Shown: piece after piece, positions 7,798 through 16,839 of the stretch
How positions within the stretch are numbered: position 1 is the first letter of the stretch
How the letters are laid out: every line of letters begins with the position of its first letter
NCBI GenBank assembly: GCA_026391215.1
Contig: JAPLDX010000076.1
Span: 1-20,397, forward strand
Direction of reading: 5' to 3'
Source: Bacteroidia bacterium
GTDB lineage: Bacteria > Bacteroidota > Bacteroidia > Bacteroidales > VadinHA17
Length of the DNA stretch: 20,397 bases
Notes under the pieces: model-generated
Told to the model about the DNA's origin: nothing
The model's input: only the letters and a program-made list of their open reading frames with translations
Database searches by the model: none
Program-made: the position numbers and the translations under genes

Positions 7798-8227
7798 ATG
7801 ACAATAAAAACAACCAAAATCGATACGCCTCTCGGAGAAATGATCGCCGCAGCTTCAGCAGACGGAATATGCCTCCTTGAGTTTCCGGAAAGAATAATGT
7901 CAACAGAGGAGCTTTCATCTCTTCTGAATGCACCGGTGAAAGAAGGCAGCAACAAACATCTCAGGATGCTCAAAAAGCAGCTGAAAGAGTATTTCAAGGG
8001 TAAAAGAAAAGAGTTTTCACTCCTTCTGGTGACACCGGGCACTGAATTCCAGAAAGCAGCATGGAACGAATTGCTGAAAATTCCTTATGGATCAACAAGA
8101 TCGTACCATGAGCAGGCAAAGGCAATAAAAAAACCCGGGGCAATAAGAGCTGTTGCTCATGCAAACGCATCAAACAGGAAAGAAATTTTCCGGTAAAGCT
8201 ATTGACCTCGATCTCTTTACATCTTAA
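7798..8227 (+). pseudogene. ogt: Methylated-DNA--protein-cysteine methyltransferase with an internal deletion/frameshift removing the PCHR active site
   Basis: IDTPLGEM...GICLLEF...QLKEYFKGKRKEF...GTEFQKAAWNELLKIPYGSTRSY...RAVAHANASNR, then a stop at 8196 before PCHRV. A plausible native tail KKFSGKAIDLDLFTS* is in the +1 frame, ending 8227. Confidence 0.8.
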
Positions 8228-8257
8228 ACTCAGGATCTAATCACTAATTTCAATAAG

Positions 8258-8614
8258 ATGAAGACTATTATTAATAAGAAATACTTTATGCTATTTTCGA
8301 TCTTCATAATTCTCATTTTTCTTTCAGGATGTGCTAAGAGTGAAATGGTTGATCAGTGTCTTACGGGACATACCTATGGCTTTTTCGGAGGATTGTGGCA
8401 TGGATTCATTGCCCCTTTTGACTTCATAGGCATGCTATTTAATGATGATATTACGATGTATGCACAGAATAATAATGGCGGCCTGTATGCTCTTGGGTTT
8501 CTCCTGGGAAGTGGTGGATGGGGCTTTTTTGGAGGCAAAGGAATAAGGCGTGTGCAACATTCCAGAGTTGATTTCCAGTCACAGAAATTTGATAATGCAG
8601 AAATTGTAGAATGA
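8258..8614 (+). CDS. Small conserved membrane lipoprotein of unknown function
   Basis: Lipobox FLSG-C; Gly/aromatic motifs YGFFGGLWHGFIAPF and YAQNNNGGLYALGFLLG. Confidence 0.8.
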   Translation: MKTIINKKYFMLFSIFIILIFLSGCAKSEMVDQCLTGHTYGFFGGLWHGFIAPFDFIGMLFNDDITMYAQNNNGGLYALGFLLGSGGWGFFGGKGIRRVQHSRVDFQSQKFDNAEIVE

Positions 8615-8650
8615 CCTCTCCCCAAACCCCTCCCCCAGGAGGGAGGGGCT
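8615..8650 (+). repeat. REP-like GC-rich hairpin, left copy flanking the DUF559 gene
   Basis: CCTCTCCCCAAA leader, stem CCCCTCCC (8627-8634), loop CCAGGA, stem GGGAGGGG (8641-8648). Confidence 0.8.
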
Positions 8651-8677
8651 TTAGCCAGAATCTAAAATTAGGATTAC

Positions 8678-9109
8678 ATGGTATATCTGGGAAAAGCGAT
8701 AGAAAGAGATATGTATTTGGGAGCAAAACCTAAGCTTTTCAGATTAGCCCTGGGTATGCGAAATAATCCGACTGAAGCAGAAGAAATCCTCTGGAAACAC
8801 CTTAAAAAATTCAGAAAAGACGGATTAGTTTTCAGAAGACAACATCCAATTGATATCTTTATTGCAGATTTTTATTGCCATAAAATAAAAGTAATTATTG
8901 AAGTTGATGGCGATGTACATTTAAATGACCAGACTCAGGAATATGATGATGGTCGCTCAGGAGAACTCGAAAGATTTGGTATTAAGGTTATTAGATTTAA
9001 GAATGAGGAAATCATTAATAATCAGAAACTTGTATTACAAAAAATTAAATCAATAATAGCTGAGCTATCCTCCCCTTCTCTCCTGGGAGAGGGGGACAGG
9101 AGGGGGTGA
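8678..9109 (+). CDS. DUF559 / Vsr-like endonuclease domain protein
   Basis: MRNNPTEAEEILW..L, FRRQHPIDIFIADFYC, IIEVDGDVH, YDDGR...LERFGIKVIRFKNEEI. An alternative start exists at ATG 8711. Confidence 0.92.
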   Translation: MVYLGKAIERDMYLGAKPKLFRLALGMRNNPTEAEEILWKHLKKFRKDGLVFRRQHPIDIFIADFYCHKIKVIIEVDGDVHLNDQTQEYDDGRSGELERFGIKVIRFKNEEIINNQKLVLQKIKSIIAELSSPSLLGEGDRRG

Positions 9110-9111
9110 GG
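9071..9111 (-). repeat. REP-like GC-rich hairpin, right copy (inverted) flanking the DUF559 gene
   Basis: Stem TCCCCTTCTC (9071-9080), loop TCCTGG, stem GAGAGGGGGA (9087-9096), tail GGGGGTGAGG. The reverse complement gives CCTCACCCCC...CCCCCTCTC CCAGGA GAGAAGGGG, with the same loop as the left copy. Confidence 0.8.
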
Positions 9112-9132
9112 CCGATAACAAAGAAATTGAAA

Positions 9133-9999
9133 ATGAATACAATGAAACAACTCCTTATCTCCGCCCTTCTTCTTCTTTCCGTCAGTTGCTTGTCGCAAAA
9201 GAAAGAGGTAATCTATTTATGGCCCGGCAAAGTGCCGGGAGAGGTAAATGAAAAACTACCATCGGTAATTGATACCGCCAGAAAGGATGATGTATTAAGG
9301 TACTCCGAGGTTACCAATCCGGCAATAGTAGTCTGGCCGGCTGATCCAAAACTGAATAATGGTGCCGGCGTAATTATTTGTCCCGGAGGTGCTTACCGGA
9401 TCCTCTCATGGGACAAAGAGGGCACTGAGGTAGCAGCATGGTTGAACAGGCTTGGTTATTCAGCATTCGTACTTCAATACAGGGTCCCTGATAAAAAAGA
9501 GGGCGCTCTGCAGGATGCACAACGGGCTCTGAGAGTGATCAGACAAAATGCCGGGAAGTGGAATATGGATCCTGAAAAAACCGGTATCATGGGCTTCTCT
9601 GCAGGAGGAAGCCTCAGCGCCAGAACCAGTACACTTTTCAATAAAAGAACTTATGTCCCCGTGGATGCCGCAGACAGTCTTTCATGCCGTCCGGATTTTA
9701 CAATGCTCATTTATCCTGCATATCTTGACCAGGGTGAAAACAGATCGCTTACACCTGAACTTAAGCTGACAAAAGAAACACCTCCTATGTTTATTTTTCA
9801 GACCGCCGACGATAGCTACGGGAACAGCGCCCTTGTGATGACCACAGCCCTTAGGGATGCAAAGCTTCCTGTCGAATTGCATATTTTACCATCCGGAGGA
9901 CATGGATATGGTTTAAGACCTTCCGGGCTTGCTGCAGCCACATGGCCGGAACTGGCGGAAAACTGGCTGAAAAGAATATTGTATCCAAATAATTTATAG
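9133..9999 (+). CDS. Secreted alpha/beta hydrolase (BD-FAE-like carbohydrate esterase)
   Basis: Oxyanion loop CPGGAY, nucleophile elbow GFSAGG, Asp region QTADD, and His in GGHGYG. Signal peptide MKQLLISALLLLSVSCLS-Q. Start is ATG 9133 or 9142; the track's GTG 9106 lies within the repeat. Confidence 0.9.
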   Translation: MNTMKQLLISALLLLSVSCLSQKKEVIYLWPGKVPGEVNEKLPSVIDTARKDDVLRYSEVTNPAIVVWPADPKLNNGAGVIICPGGAYRILSWDKEGTEVAAWLNRLGYSAFVLQYRVPDKKEGALQDAQRALRVIRQNAGKWNMDPEKTGIMGFSAGGSLSARTSTLFNKRTYVPVDAADSLSCRPDFTMLIYPAYLDQGENRSLTPELKLTKETPPMFIFQTADDSYGNSALVMTTALRDAKLPVELHILPSGGHGYGLRPSGLAAATWPELAENWLKRILYPNNL

Positions 10000-10032
10000 C
10001 TATTCAGATATTAATCGATAAATGTACTTATT

Positions 10033-13000
10033 ATGGCACCACTGGTCGAAAAGAGAAAAAAATGGATAATCATATCTGCTTTCCTGCTTGCAATAGCAGG
10101 TTTGCTGTTTGTAAATTGTTCCGGTCCCTCAAAAAATGCCGAAGCTGATCTTGAAAAAGGATTTCAGAATCCTCCTGAGAGTGCAAAGCCCCGTGTTTGG
10201 TGGCACTGGATGAACGGAAACATAACGAAGGAAGGGATCCGGGCTGACCTTGAATGGATGCACCGGGTTGGCATTGGCGGATTCCAGAACTTTGACGCTG
10301 CACTGATGACACCCCAGATTGTTGAAAAGAGGCTGGTCTATATGACCCCGGAGTGGAAGGATGCATTCCGTTTTACGGTAAAACTTGCTGATTCTCTCGG
10401 CCTTGAAATGGCTATTGCCGGATCACCAGGCTGGAGTGAGAGCGGCGGACCATGGGTAACTCCTGCACAGGCAATGAAGAAATTTGTGTGGAGCGAAACC
10501 CGGATTGAGGGGGGAAAACCTTTTAAAGGAATGCTGCCCAAACCACCTTCTGCGACAGGTGCATTTCAAAATATTGCATCGGGAGGAGAATTTTCACTGA
10601 CCGGTGGACAGGAGCCTCCTGCACCTGAATTTTATGCTGATGCAGCAGTTGTCGCTTATCGATTACCTGAAAGCGATATTTCAATGATGGACCTGCAGCC
10701 AAAGGTTACATCCAATGGTGGAAAGTTCTCTCTTGCTGAACTGACTGATGGTGATCTTGCAACGTCAACGTTACTTCCGGCAACAAAGCCAGGCGAAAAA
10801 GCCTGGATTCAATTTGAATTTTCCAAACCTGAGACAATGAAGGCGCTTACCATTGTTGGTGGCGGATCCGGAGGCATGTTTGGTTTTGGTGCTGATCCTG
10901 ACATCCGTGCCCTGGAAGCAAGTGATGATGGTAAAACCTTTAATAAGATAACCGACATTCGCAGTGATGGTGTAGACCAGAAAACACTGACATTCAGCCA
11001 GGTAACGGCAAAATATTTCCGTTTCACATGGCTGACTCCTCAGCCGCAGCAATCATCTTTTCCGGGCGGCTTTTTCGGTATAGACGCAGGAATGATGCCA
11101 TCACCACCTGCCGGAACACAGATTGCTGAGCTTGTTCTGCACACAGTTGCCCGTATTAACCGTTTTGAAGAAAAAGCAGCTTTTGCAACCGCAACCGATC
11201 TGTATTCAGCCCTTACCCCTGAAGTAAATTCAGATGAGGCTATCAGCAAATCAGATGTTATCGACCTGACAGCCAAGATGATGCCAGACGGTAGTCTCGA
11301 TTGGACGCCACCTGAAGGAAATTGGATAGTGCTCCGGCTGGGTTATTCCCTTACCGGCCATAAAAATTCACCGGCCTCACCGGAAGCAACAGGACTGGAG
11401 GTTGATAAGCTGAACGCTGAACATGTCAAAGCATATTTCAACAACTATCTCGATCAATATAAAGATGCTACCGGTGGACTTTTGGGACAGAAGGGACTGC
11501 AATACATGATCACGGACAGCTGGGAAGCCGGCACACAGAACTGGACCGATAATATGATCCGGGAATTTGCCAGTCATAGTGGTTATGATATTATTCCATG
11601 GCTGCCTGTACTGACGGGACATATTGTGGAAAGCGCTGAAGCAAGCGAACGTTTTCTATGGGATTTCCGAAAAACCATCGGAGATCTTACTGCTGAAAAC
11701 CATTATGATCTGTTAACAGAAATACTTAAGGAACGTGGTATGGCACGTTATACCGAATCACATGAAGGCGGACGTGCTTTCATCGGCGATGGTATGGATG
11801 TAAAACGCACAGCTGCTATTCCAATGAGCGCCACCTGGACTCCAGGAGGATTTGATCGAGGCACCGAGGTGGCTCCACGATATAAAGCAGATGTCCGTGA
11901 ATCGGCGTCCGTAGCCCACATCTACGGGCAAAACCTTGTAGCTGCTGAATCAATGACCGCCATTGGAACAGCCTGGGCCTGGTCGCCCGAAACTTTAAAA
12001 CCAACAGCAGATATGGAATTGGCAAACGGACTGAACCGTTTCGTTATACATACTTCTGTCCATCAACCTGTTAATGATAAAATTCCGGGACTTGGACTTG
12101 GTCCGTTCGGGCAGTGGTTCACCCGTCACGAAACATGGGCTGAACAGGCAGGTCCCTGGATGACATACCTGGCACGCAACTGTTATATGCTTCAACAGGG
12201 CAAATTTATTGCCGATGTAGTATATTTCTACGGAGAAGATAATAATATAACTGCACTTTTCAATGACAAGCTGCCCGATATACCCGAAGGCTATAACTAC
12301 GATTTCGTTAATGCTGATGCACTGATAAATCTGCTGTCAGTAAACAAAGACGCTATTACCACACCAAGTGGCATGAAATACCGCGTACTGGCACTCGATG
12401 CAAACAGTAAATATATGTCGTTGCCCGTTCTGCGCAAAATCCGTGATTTAGTGAGTGCAGGAGCAATCGTTTCAGGTCTTAAGCCAATAAATACACCCAG
12501 CCTCAGCGATGACCAGAATGAATTCCGTTCAATAGCCGGTCAGCTCTGGGCAAATGAAAATGGTGTCAATACAGTTGGAAAAGGTAAGGTTTATGCCGGG
12601 CAGTCTATTGCAGAGGTTCTGAAATTGCTTGAACTGGCACCGGACTTTGAGTATACGAAGCCTCAGAAAAATACCAATCTGCTGTTTGTGCACAGGAAGC
12701 TGGACAATATTGATTTCTACTGGATTAACAACCGCAACAGCAGGATAGAGGATCTTGAAGCTACTTTCCGTGTTAGAGGGAAAAGTGCTGAAATCTGGCA
12801 TCCTGAAACGGGAAAAGCTGAGAAGGCTTCTTACAGCATTGCTGATGGACTAACAAAAGTGCCACTCCATCTGGAACCAAACGATGCGGTGTTTGTGGTA
12901 TTTAGTGATAAGGCTAAGGAACAATCATATACTGTTCCCCGGGTAACAGAAAGCCTGGTTGCTTCCGTTGAAGGTATTTGGGATTTAAACTTTCAGCAAG

Positions 13001-13446
13001 GCAGGGGAGCACCATTTAAGATTACATTGGATTCTCTCACAGCCTGGGACCTTAATTCTCATGATGGAATAAAATATTTTTCAGGAACAGGAACTTATAA
13101 AAAGAATATTCAGGCCTCTGAAAGCTGGTTTACTTCAGTCAACAGTCTCTGGCTGGATCTCGGAGATGTTAAAAATCTCGCTGAAGTTTTTGTCAATGGG
13201 AAATCAATGGGAGTAGTATGGAAAAAACCGTTCCGTGTAGAAATTACAGAAGGTTTGCAAAAGGGAGAAAATATTCTTGAAATAAAGGTTACTAATCTCT
13301 GGGTCAACAGGCTAATTGGCGATCAGCAACCCGGAATTACGACAAAATATACTTACACTACAATGCCATTCTACAGAGCCAATTCACCATTGCTGTCGTC
13401 AGGACTGCTCGGACCAGTAAAAATTGTTAGTTTAACGAAAGAATAA
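10033..13446 (+). CDS. Glycoside hydrolase family 106 (alpha-L-rhamnosidase-like) lipoprotein
   Basis: FQNPPESAKPRVWWHWMNGNITKEGIRADLE, GWSESGGPWVTP, DSWEAG, ASVAHIYG..VAAESMT, G.NRFVIHTSVHQP and C-terminal jelly-roll LDLGDV...NLWVNRLIGD...SGLLGPV. Lipobox FVN-C; embedded F5/8-type-C-like module. Confidence 0.92.
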   Translation: MAPLVEKRKKWIIISAFLLAIAGLLFVNCSGPSKNAEADLEKGFQNPPESAKPRVWWHWMNGNITKEGIRADLEWMHRVGIGGFQNFDAALMTPQIVEKRLVYMTPEWKDAFRFTVKLADSLGLEMAIAGSPGWSESGGPWVTPAQAMKKFVWSETRIEGGKPFKGMLPKPPSATGAFQNIASGGEFSLTGGQEPPAPEFYADAAVVAYRLPESDISMMDLQPKVTSNGGKFSLAELTDGDLATSTLLPATKPGEKAWIQFEFSKPETMKALTIVGGGSGGMFGFGADPDIRALEASDDGKTFNKITDIRSDGVDQKTLTFSQVTAKYFRFTWLTPQPQQSSFPGGFFGIDAGMMPSPPAGTQIAELVLHTVARINRFEEKAAFATATDLYSALTPEVNSDEAISKSDVIDLTAKMMPDGSLDWTPPEGNWIVLRLGYSLTGHKNSPASPEATGLEVDKLNAEHVKAYFNNYLDQYKDATGGLLGQKGLQYMITDSWEAGTQNWTDNMIREFASHSGYDIIPWLPVLTGHIVESAEASERFLWDFRKTIGDLTAENHYDLLTEILKERGMARYTESHEGGRAFIGDGMDVKRTAAIPMSATWTPGGFDRGTEVAPRYKADVRESASVAHIYGQNLVAAESMTAIGTAWAWSPETLKPTADMELANGLNRFVIHTSVHQPVNDKIPGLGLGPFGQWFTRHETWAEQAGPWMTYLARNCYMLQQGKFIADVVYFYGEDNNITALFNDKLPDIPEGYNYDFVNADALINLLSVNKDAITTPSGMKYRVLALDANSKYMSLPVLRKIRDLVSAGAIVSGLKPINTPSLSDDQNEFRSIAGQLWANENGVNTVGKGKVYAGQSIAEVLKLLELAPDFEYTKPQKNTNLLFVHRKLDNIDFYWINNRNSRIEDLEATFRVRGKSAEIWHPETGKAEKASYSIADGLTKVPLHLEPNDAVFVVFSDKAKEQSYTVPRVTESLVASVEGIWDLNFQQGRGAPFKITLDSLTAWDLNSHDGIKYFSGTGTYKKNIQASESWFTSVNSLWLDLGDVKNLAEVFVNGKSMGVVWKKPFRVEITEGLQKGENILEIKVTNLWVNRLIGDQQPGITTKYTYTTMPFYRANSPLLSSGLLGPVKIVSLTKE

Positions 13447-13510
13447 AACTAATCTGGAATGACAATATTTATCAAAGCTCCTTCTGTCATTAATCATGAT
13501 GAGTAGATCA

Positions 13511-14503
13511 ATGAAAAAATATTACCTGTTGTCATTATTGCTGATATCCTCGGCAGGGGGCTCTCTATTATCCCAGGATACAATTAAATCCAGATCCGAA
13601 TATCTTCCTGATCTTGATGGCATTGTTAAAACGAAAATTGAATATGATCTTGATAACTCAAAAATACGGTTTGAGGTCAGGAATGCACGTTTTGGAGTTA
13701 AAGGGAAAATAAATGACTTCATGTCATACAAGGCTGAGATTGACATTAATGATGAAGGCAAAATGAAAATGCTTGATGCCTGGGTCCGTCTTACACCTGC
13801 TGCCGGCCTTGATCTCTATCTCGGACAGAGAAAGCTTCCCTTTTCCACTGACTATATGAGAAATCCCGCTGAAAATATTTTCGCAAATCGCTCATTTTTA
13901 ACAAAATACATTAATGAGGGCATGCGCGATATCGGTCTCTTTGCTGATTATAAATTAGCCGGAAATGTTCCTTTGGAAGTACTTTGCGGACTGGGGAACG
14001 GAACCGGAGGGAATAATCCCCAGTGGATAAGCAGACCTGACTTCATAGGCCGGGTTATTTTAGGACCGTTGAATGGATTCAGGTTTGCCGGGAATATTTA
14101 CTCCGGTGAAAGAGAATATCGTGATGACCTTTCAATGTTCGGGGGAGAATTACAATATTCAACTGGCTCATTTTTTATTGAATCCGAATACATCCGCCGC
14201 AACTGGACAGATACATTGTCACTGCGGAAGCATGATGACGGCTTGTATATACATTCATATTATAATTTCAGCATAAATAATAAGCTGATATATATGGTTT
14301 CACCAACTGCAAGATGGGATTTAATTGGCAGCTCGGTTTTCGGAAAAGAGATTGATGCCAACCGGATCACTCTGGGAATAAATGTGGGTTTTGAGCCAAA
14401 ACAATTCTATTCCGAAATAAGATTAAATTATGAAAATTACCTGAAGGGCAATCTGCCTGTCCACACTGACAAAATAACACTGGAATTCATTGCGCGATTC
14501 TAA
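13511..14503 (+). CDS. Outer-membrane porin (phosphate-selective OprO/OprP-like family)
   Basis: Signal peptide, FEVRNARFGVKG, MLDAWV, LGQRKLPF, RDIG, amphipathic beta strands and C-terminal Phe. In-frame ATGs at 13496, 13499 and 13511. Confidence 0.8.
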   Translation: MKKYYLLSLLLISSAGGSLLSQDTIKSRSEYLPDLDGIVKTKIEYDLDNSKIRFEVRNARFGVKGKINDFMSYKAEIDINDEGKMKMLDAWVRLTPAAGLDLYLGQRKLPFSTDYMRNPAENIFANRSFLTKYINEGMRDIGLFADYKLAGNVPLEVLCGLGNGTGGNNPQWISRPDFIGRVILGPLNGFRFAGNIYSGEREYRDDLSMFGGELQYSTGSFFIESEYIRRNWTDTLSLRKHDDGLYIHSYYNFSINNKLIYMVSPTARWDLIGSSVFGKEIDANRITLGINVGFEPKQFYSEIRLNYENYLKGNLPVHTDKITLEFIARF

Positions 14504-14517
14504 AGAAAATCCAACAT

Positions 14518-16128
14518 ATGAAGAATTTAATTAATCATAAAAGAATCACTGTTAATAAATTAACAGTGCTCCCGTTAATAGCAGCATGTATACTTTTCAT
14601 TGTATCTGCCGGCCAGCTTCAAGCACAGAATGAATCTGTTTCTCTCACTGTTTCAATGGATAACCCAAACAACCATTACTATCATGTCAGTATGATTTAT
14701 GACGGTGCAACTACACCTGTTGTCAACTTTAAACTACCATCATGGACGCCCGGTTATTATATCATTCTTGATTATGCCAAGAACATTGTCAGTTTTCAGG
14801 CTGAGGACGGAAATGGTAATCCCCTGAAATGGAATAAGATAACAAAGAATACCTGGCAGGTTCAGACCGGTGGCTCCGGAACCATAAAAATAAACTATGA
14901 TGTTTATGCATTCAGGGTTTCGGTTGGCGATCCGTATCTAAATGATAACAGGGCATTCATTGCACCTGCTGGAGTATTTATGTATGTTGAGGGGAAATTG
15001 AATCTTCCATGTACATTAACCATCAGTCCGTACAAGGATTTCAAGACAATATCCACCGGTCTCGACCCTGTGGAGGGAAAGACAAATACTTATTTTGCTC
15101 CTGATTTTGATGTTCTTTATGACAGCCCTATACTTGCAGGTAACCAGGAACTGCTGACCTTTGATGTTCAGGGAATAAGACATACTATAGCGATTGAGAA
15201 TCCCGGACCTTTCGATCATGAAAAGATAATAAGCGATCACAAAAAAATGGTTGAATCTGCTGTTTCATTTATCGGTGAGATACCTTACGAACATTATACT
15301 TTCATAATAATGAACAAGGGCATGGGAGGACTGGAACACCTGAACTCAATGGCCGTCTTCACAAATACTTCAACATTCGGCCAGGAGGAAGGATATGACC
15401 GCTGGCTGAGCTTTGTTGCCCATGAGTTCTTTCATCTTTATAATGTCAAAAGGATCAGGCCAATAGCTCTTGGACCATTCGACTATGATAAGGAGAATTA
15501 TACAGATATGCTCTGGTTTTCAGAAGGGGTCACGGTATATTATGAATATCTTGTTCTAAACAGGGCCGGCCTTATGGACAGGAACAAGGTTTTCCGGGAA
15601 CTTGGGTCAGTAATAGGAAGCTATGAAAATATTCCCGGCCACTTGTTCCAGTCTGCAGCAGAATCAAGTTTTGACACCTGGATACAGTTTTTCAACAGGT
15701 CAGAAAATGCATTAAATACGACTATTTCATATTATGATAAAGGCTGTGCGCTCGGTATGCTGCTCGACCTTAAGATAAGACACGAATCTAAGAATCAGAA
15801 ATCACTCGAGGATGTCATGAAAACTCTCTACCAGGTCTATTATAAGGATAAGAACAGAGGTTTTACTGATTTGGAGTTCAGGGAAGTTTGTGAAAAAGCG
15901 GCCGAAGTAAAGCTTGATGAAATCTTTGAAATCTATGTTCCAACTGTTAAGGATATTAACTATCAGAAATATCTTGAATATGCAGGATTAATAATTGACA
16001 CAGTAATTGTTGAGAATACAGGAATCAAACCTGTCAAAGATACCAGGATGGGGAGGATCTTTGAAATCAAACCACTGCAGGATCCGACGCCTGAACAGGC
16101 TTCTCTCCTTAAGAAATGGCTGAAATAA
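14518..16128 (+). CDS. M61 family glycyl aminopeptidase (secreted zinc metallopeptidase)
   Basis: LPSWTPGYY, LYDSPI, GGLEHLNS, HEFFHLYNVKRIRP (HEXXH), LWFSEGVTVYY, ISYYDKG. Signal peptide present. Confidence 0.93.
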   Translation: MKNLINHKRITVNKLTVLPLIAACILFIVSAGQLQAQNESVSLTVSMDNPNNHYYHVSMIYDGATTPVVNFKLPSWTPGYYIILDYAKNIVSFQAEDGNGNPLKWNKITKNTWQVQTGGSGTIKINYDVYAFRVSVGDPYLNDNRAFIAPAGVFMYVEGKLNLPCTLTISPYKDFKTISTGLDPVEGKTNTYFAPDFDVLYDSPILAGNQELLTFDVQGIRHTIAIENPGPFDHEKIISDHKKMVESAVSFIGEIPYEHYTFIIMNKGMGGLEHLNSMAVFTNTSTFGQEEGYDRWLSFVAHEFFHLYNVKRIRPIALGPFDYDKENYTDMLWFSEGVTVYYEYLVLNRAGLMDRNKVFRELGSVIGSYENIPGHLFQSAAESSFDTWIQFFNRSENALNTTISYYDKGCALGMLLDLKIRHESKNQKSLEDVMKTLYQVYYKDKNRGFTDLEFREVCEKAAEVKLDEIFEIYVPTVKDINYQKYLEYAGLIIDTVIVENTGIKPVKDTRMGRIFEIKPLQDPTPEQASLLKKWLK

Positions 16129-16130
16129 AT

Positions 16131-16778
16131 CTACAATTGGGAAGGATCCGCTTCGGAGGAATTTTTATTTTTCTTCTTCCTGTTTTTCCAGGCTTTGTAT
16201 ATAAGATAGATAACGAAAATGGCTCCAAGGACATAGAGAATATCATCCAGGTATGGAAATATCTTGTCCCTAAGATCATAAATAAAATATCCAATGGTTA
16301 CCAGGATTATATTCCAGATACCTGCACCGATAAAAGTATAAAGCATGAAATCGCGGAGTTTCATCTTGGCCAGCCCTGCAGGAATTGATATAAGATGACG
16401 GATACCAGGTACCAGGCGGCCAATGAAAGTTGAAGATTTCCCGTTCCTGATAAAATATTCTTCTGCATGAACTACTTTTTCTTTTGATAACAGAAATAGT
16501 CTCCCAACCCTTGACTCTGCAAATTTATATACCAGCGGACGGCCAAGATAAAAAGCAAGAGTATAATTGATGAGTGAACCACTAAGAGCTCCGATTGTAC
16601 CTGCAATAATAACGATAAACACATTCAGATCGCCCTGGGCAGCTTTGAAGGCTGCGAATGGCATAACTACCTCCGATGGCAACGGCAGGAAAGTACTTTC
16701 GATCAGCATGAGAAGCGCAATCGTAAAATAGTTCAGATTGGCCATGTACCAGTCGAGGAGAGTGTGAAAAAGCTCCAT
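16131..16778 (-). CDS. dedA: DedA family membrane protein
   Basis: LMLIESTFLPLPSEVVMPFAAF, GALSGSLINY...GRP, FIGRLVPGIRHLISIPAGLAKM, YTFIGAGIWN. Confidence 0.93.
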   Translation of the reverse strand: MELFHTLLDWYMANLNYFTIALLMLIESTFLPLPSEVVMPFAAFKAAQGDLNVFIVIIAGTIGALSGSLINYTLAFYLGRPLVYKFAESRVGRLFLLSKEKVVHAEEYFIRNGKSSTFIGRLVPGIRHLISIPAGLAKMKLRDFMLYTFIGAGIWNIILVTIGYFIYDLRDKIFPYLDDILYVLGAIFVIYLIYKAWKNRKKKNKNSSEADPSQL

Positions 16779-16803
16779 TATTTCAGAAATTCATTTAAGG
16801 CGT

Positions 16804-16811
16804 CAAAGATA
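16804..16811 (-). promoter_or_regulatory. Bacteroidota -7 promoter element upstream of dedA
   Basis: Minus-strand TATCTTTG (TAnnTTTG) ends 25 nt before the dedA ATG. Confidence 0.6.
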
Positions 16812-16839
16812 ACCAACATTTTGATAAATATGATCCTGG

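Noticed and set aside
8627-8652. Simple intrinsic terminator
   Set aside because: Only CTTT follows the stem, and an inverted copy with the same loop lies on the other side of the DUF559 gene, which fits a repeat element better. Some termination activity cannot be excluded.
10070-13307. Multiple short minus-strand ORFs inside the GH106 gene, and similar shadow ORFs in other long genes
   Set aside because: They are fully nested antisense or off-frame ORFs with no recognisable motifs.
13447-13495. AATGACA...TGTCATT inverted repeat after GH106 as a terminator
   Set aside because: The stem is short and AT-rich with a large loop and no U-tract.
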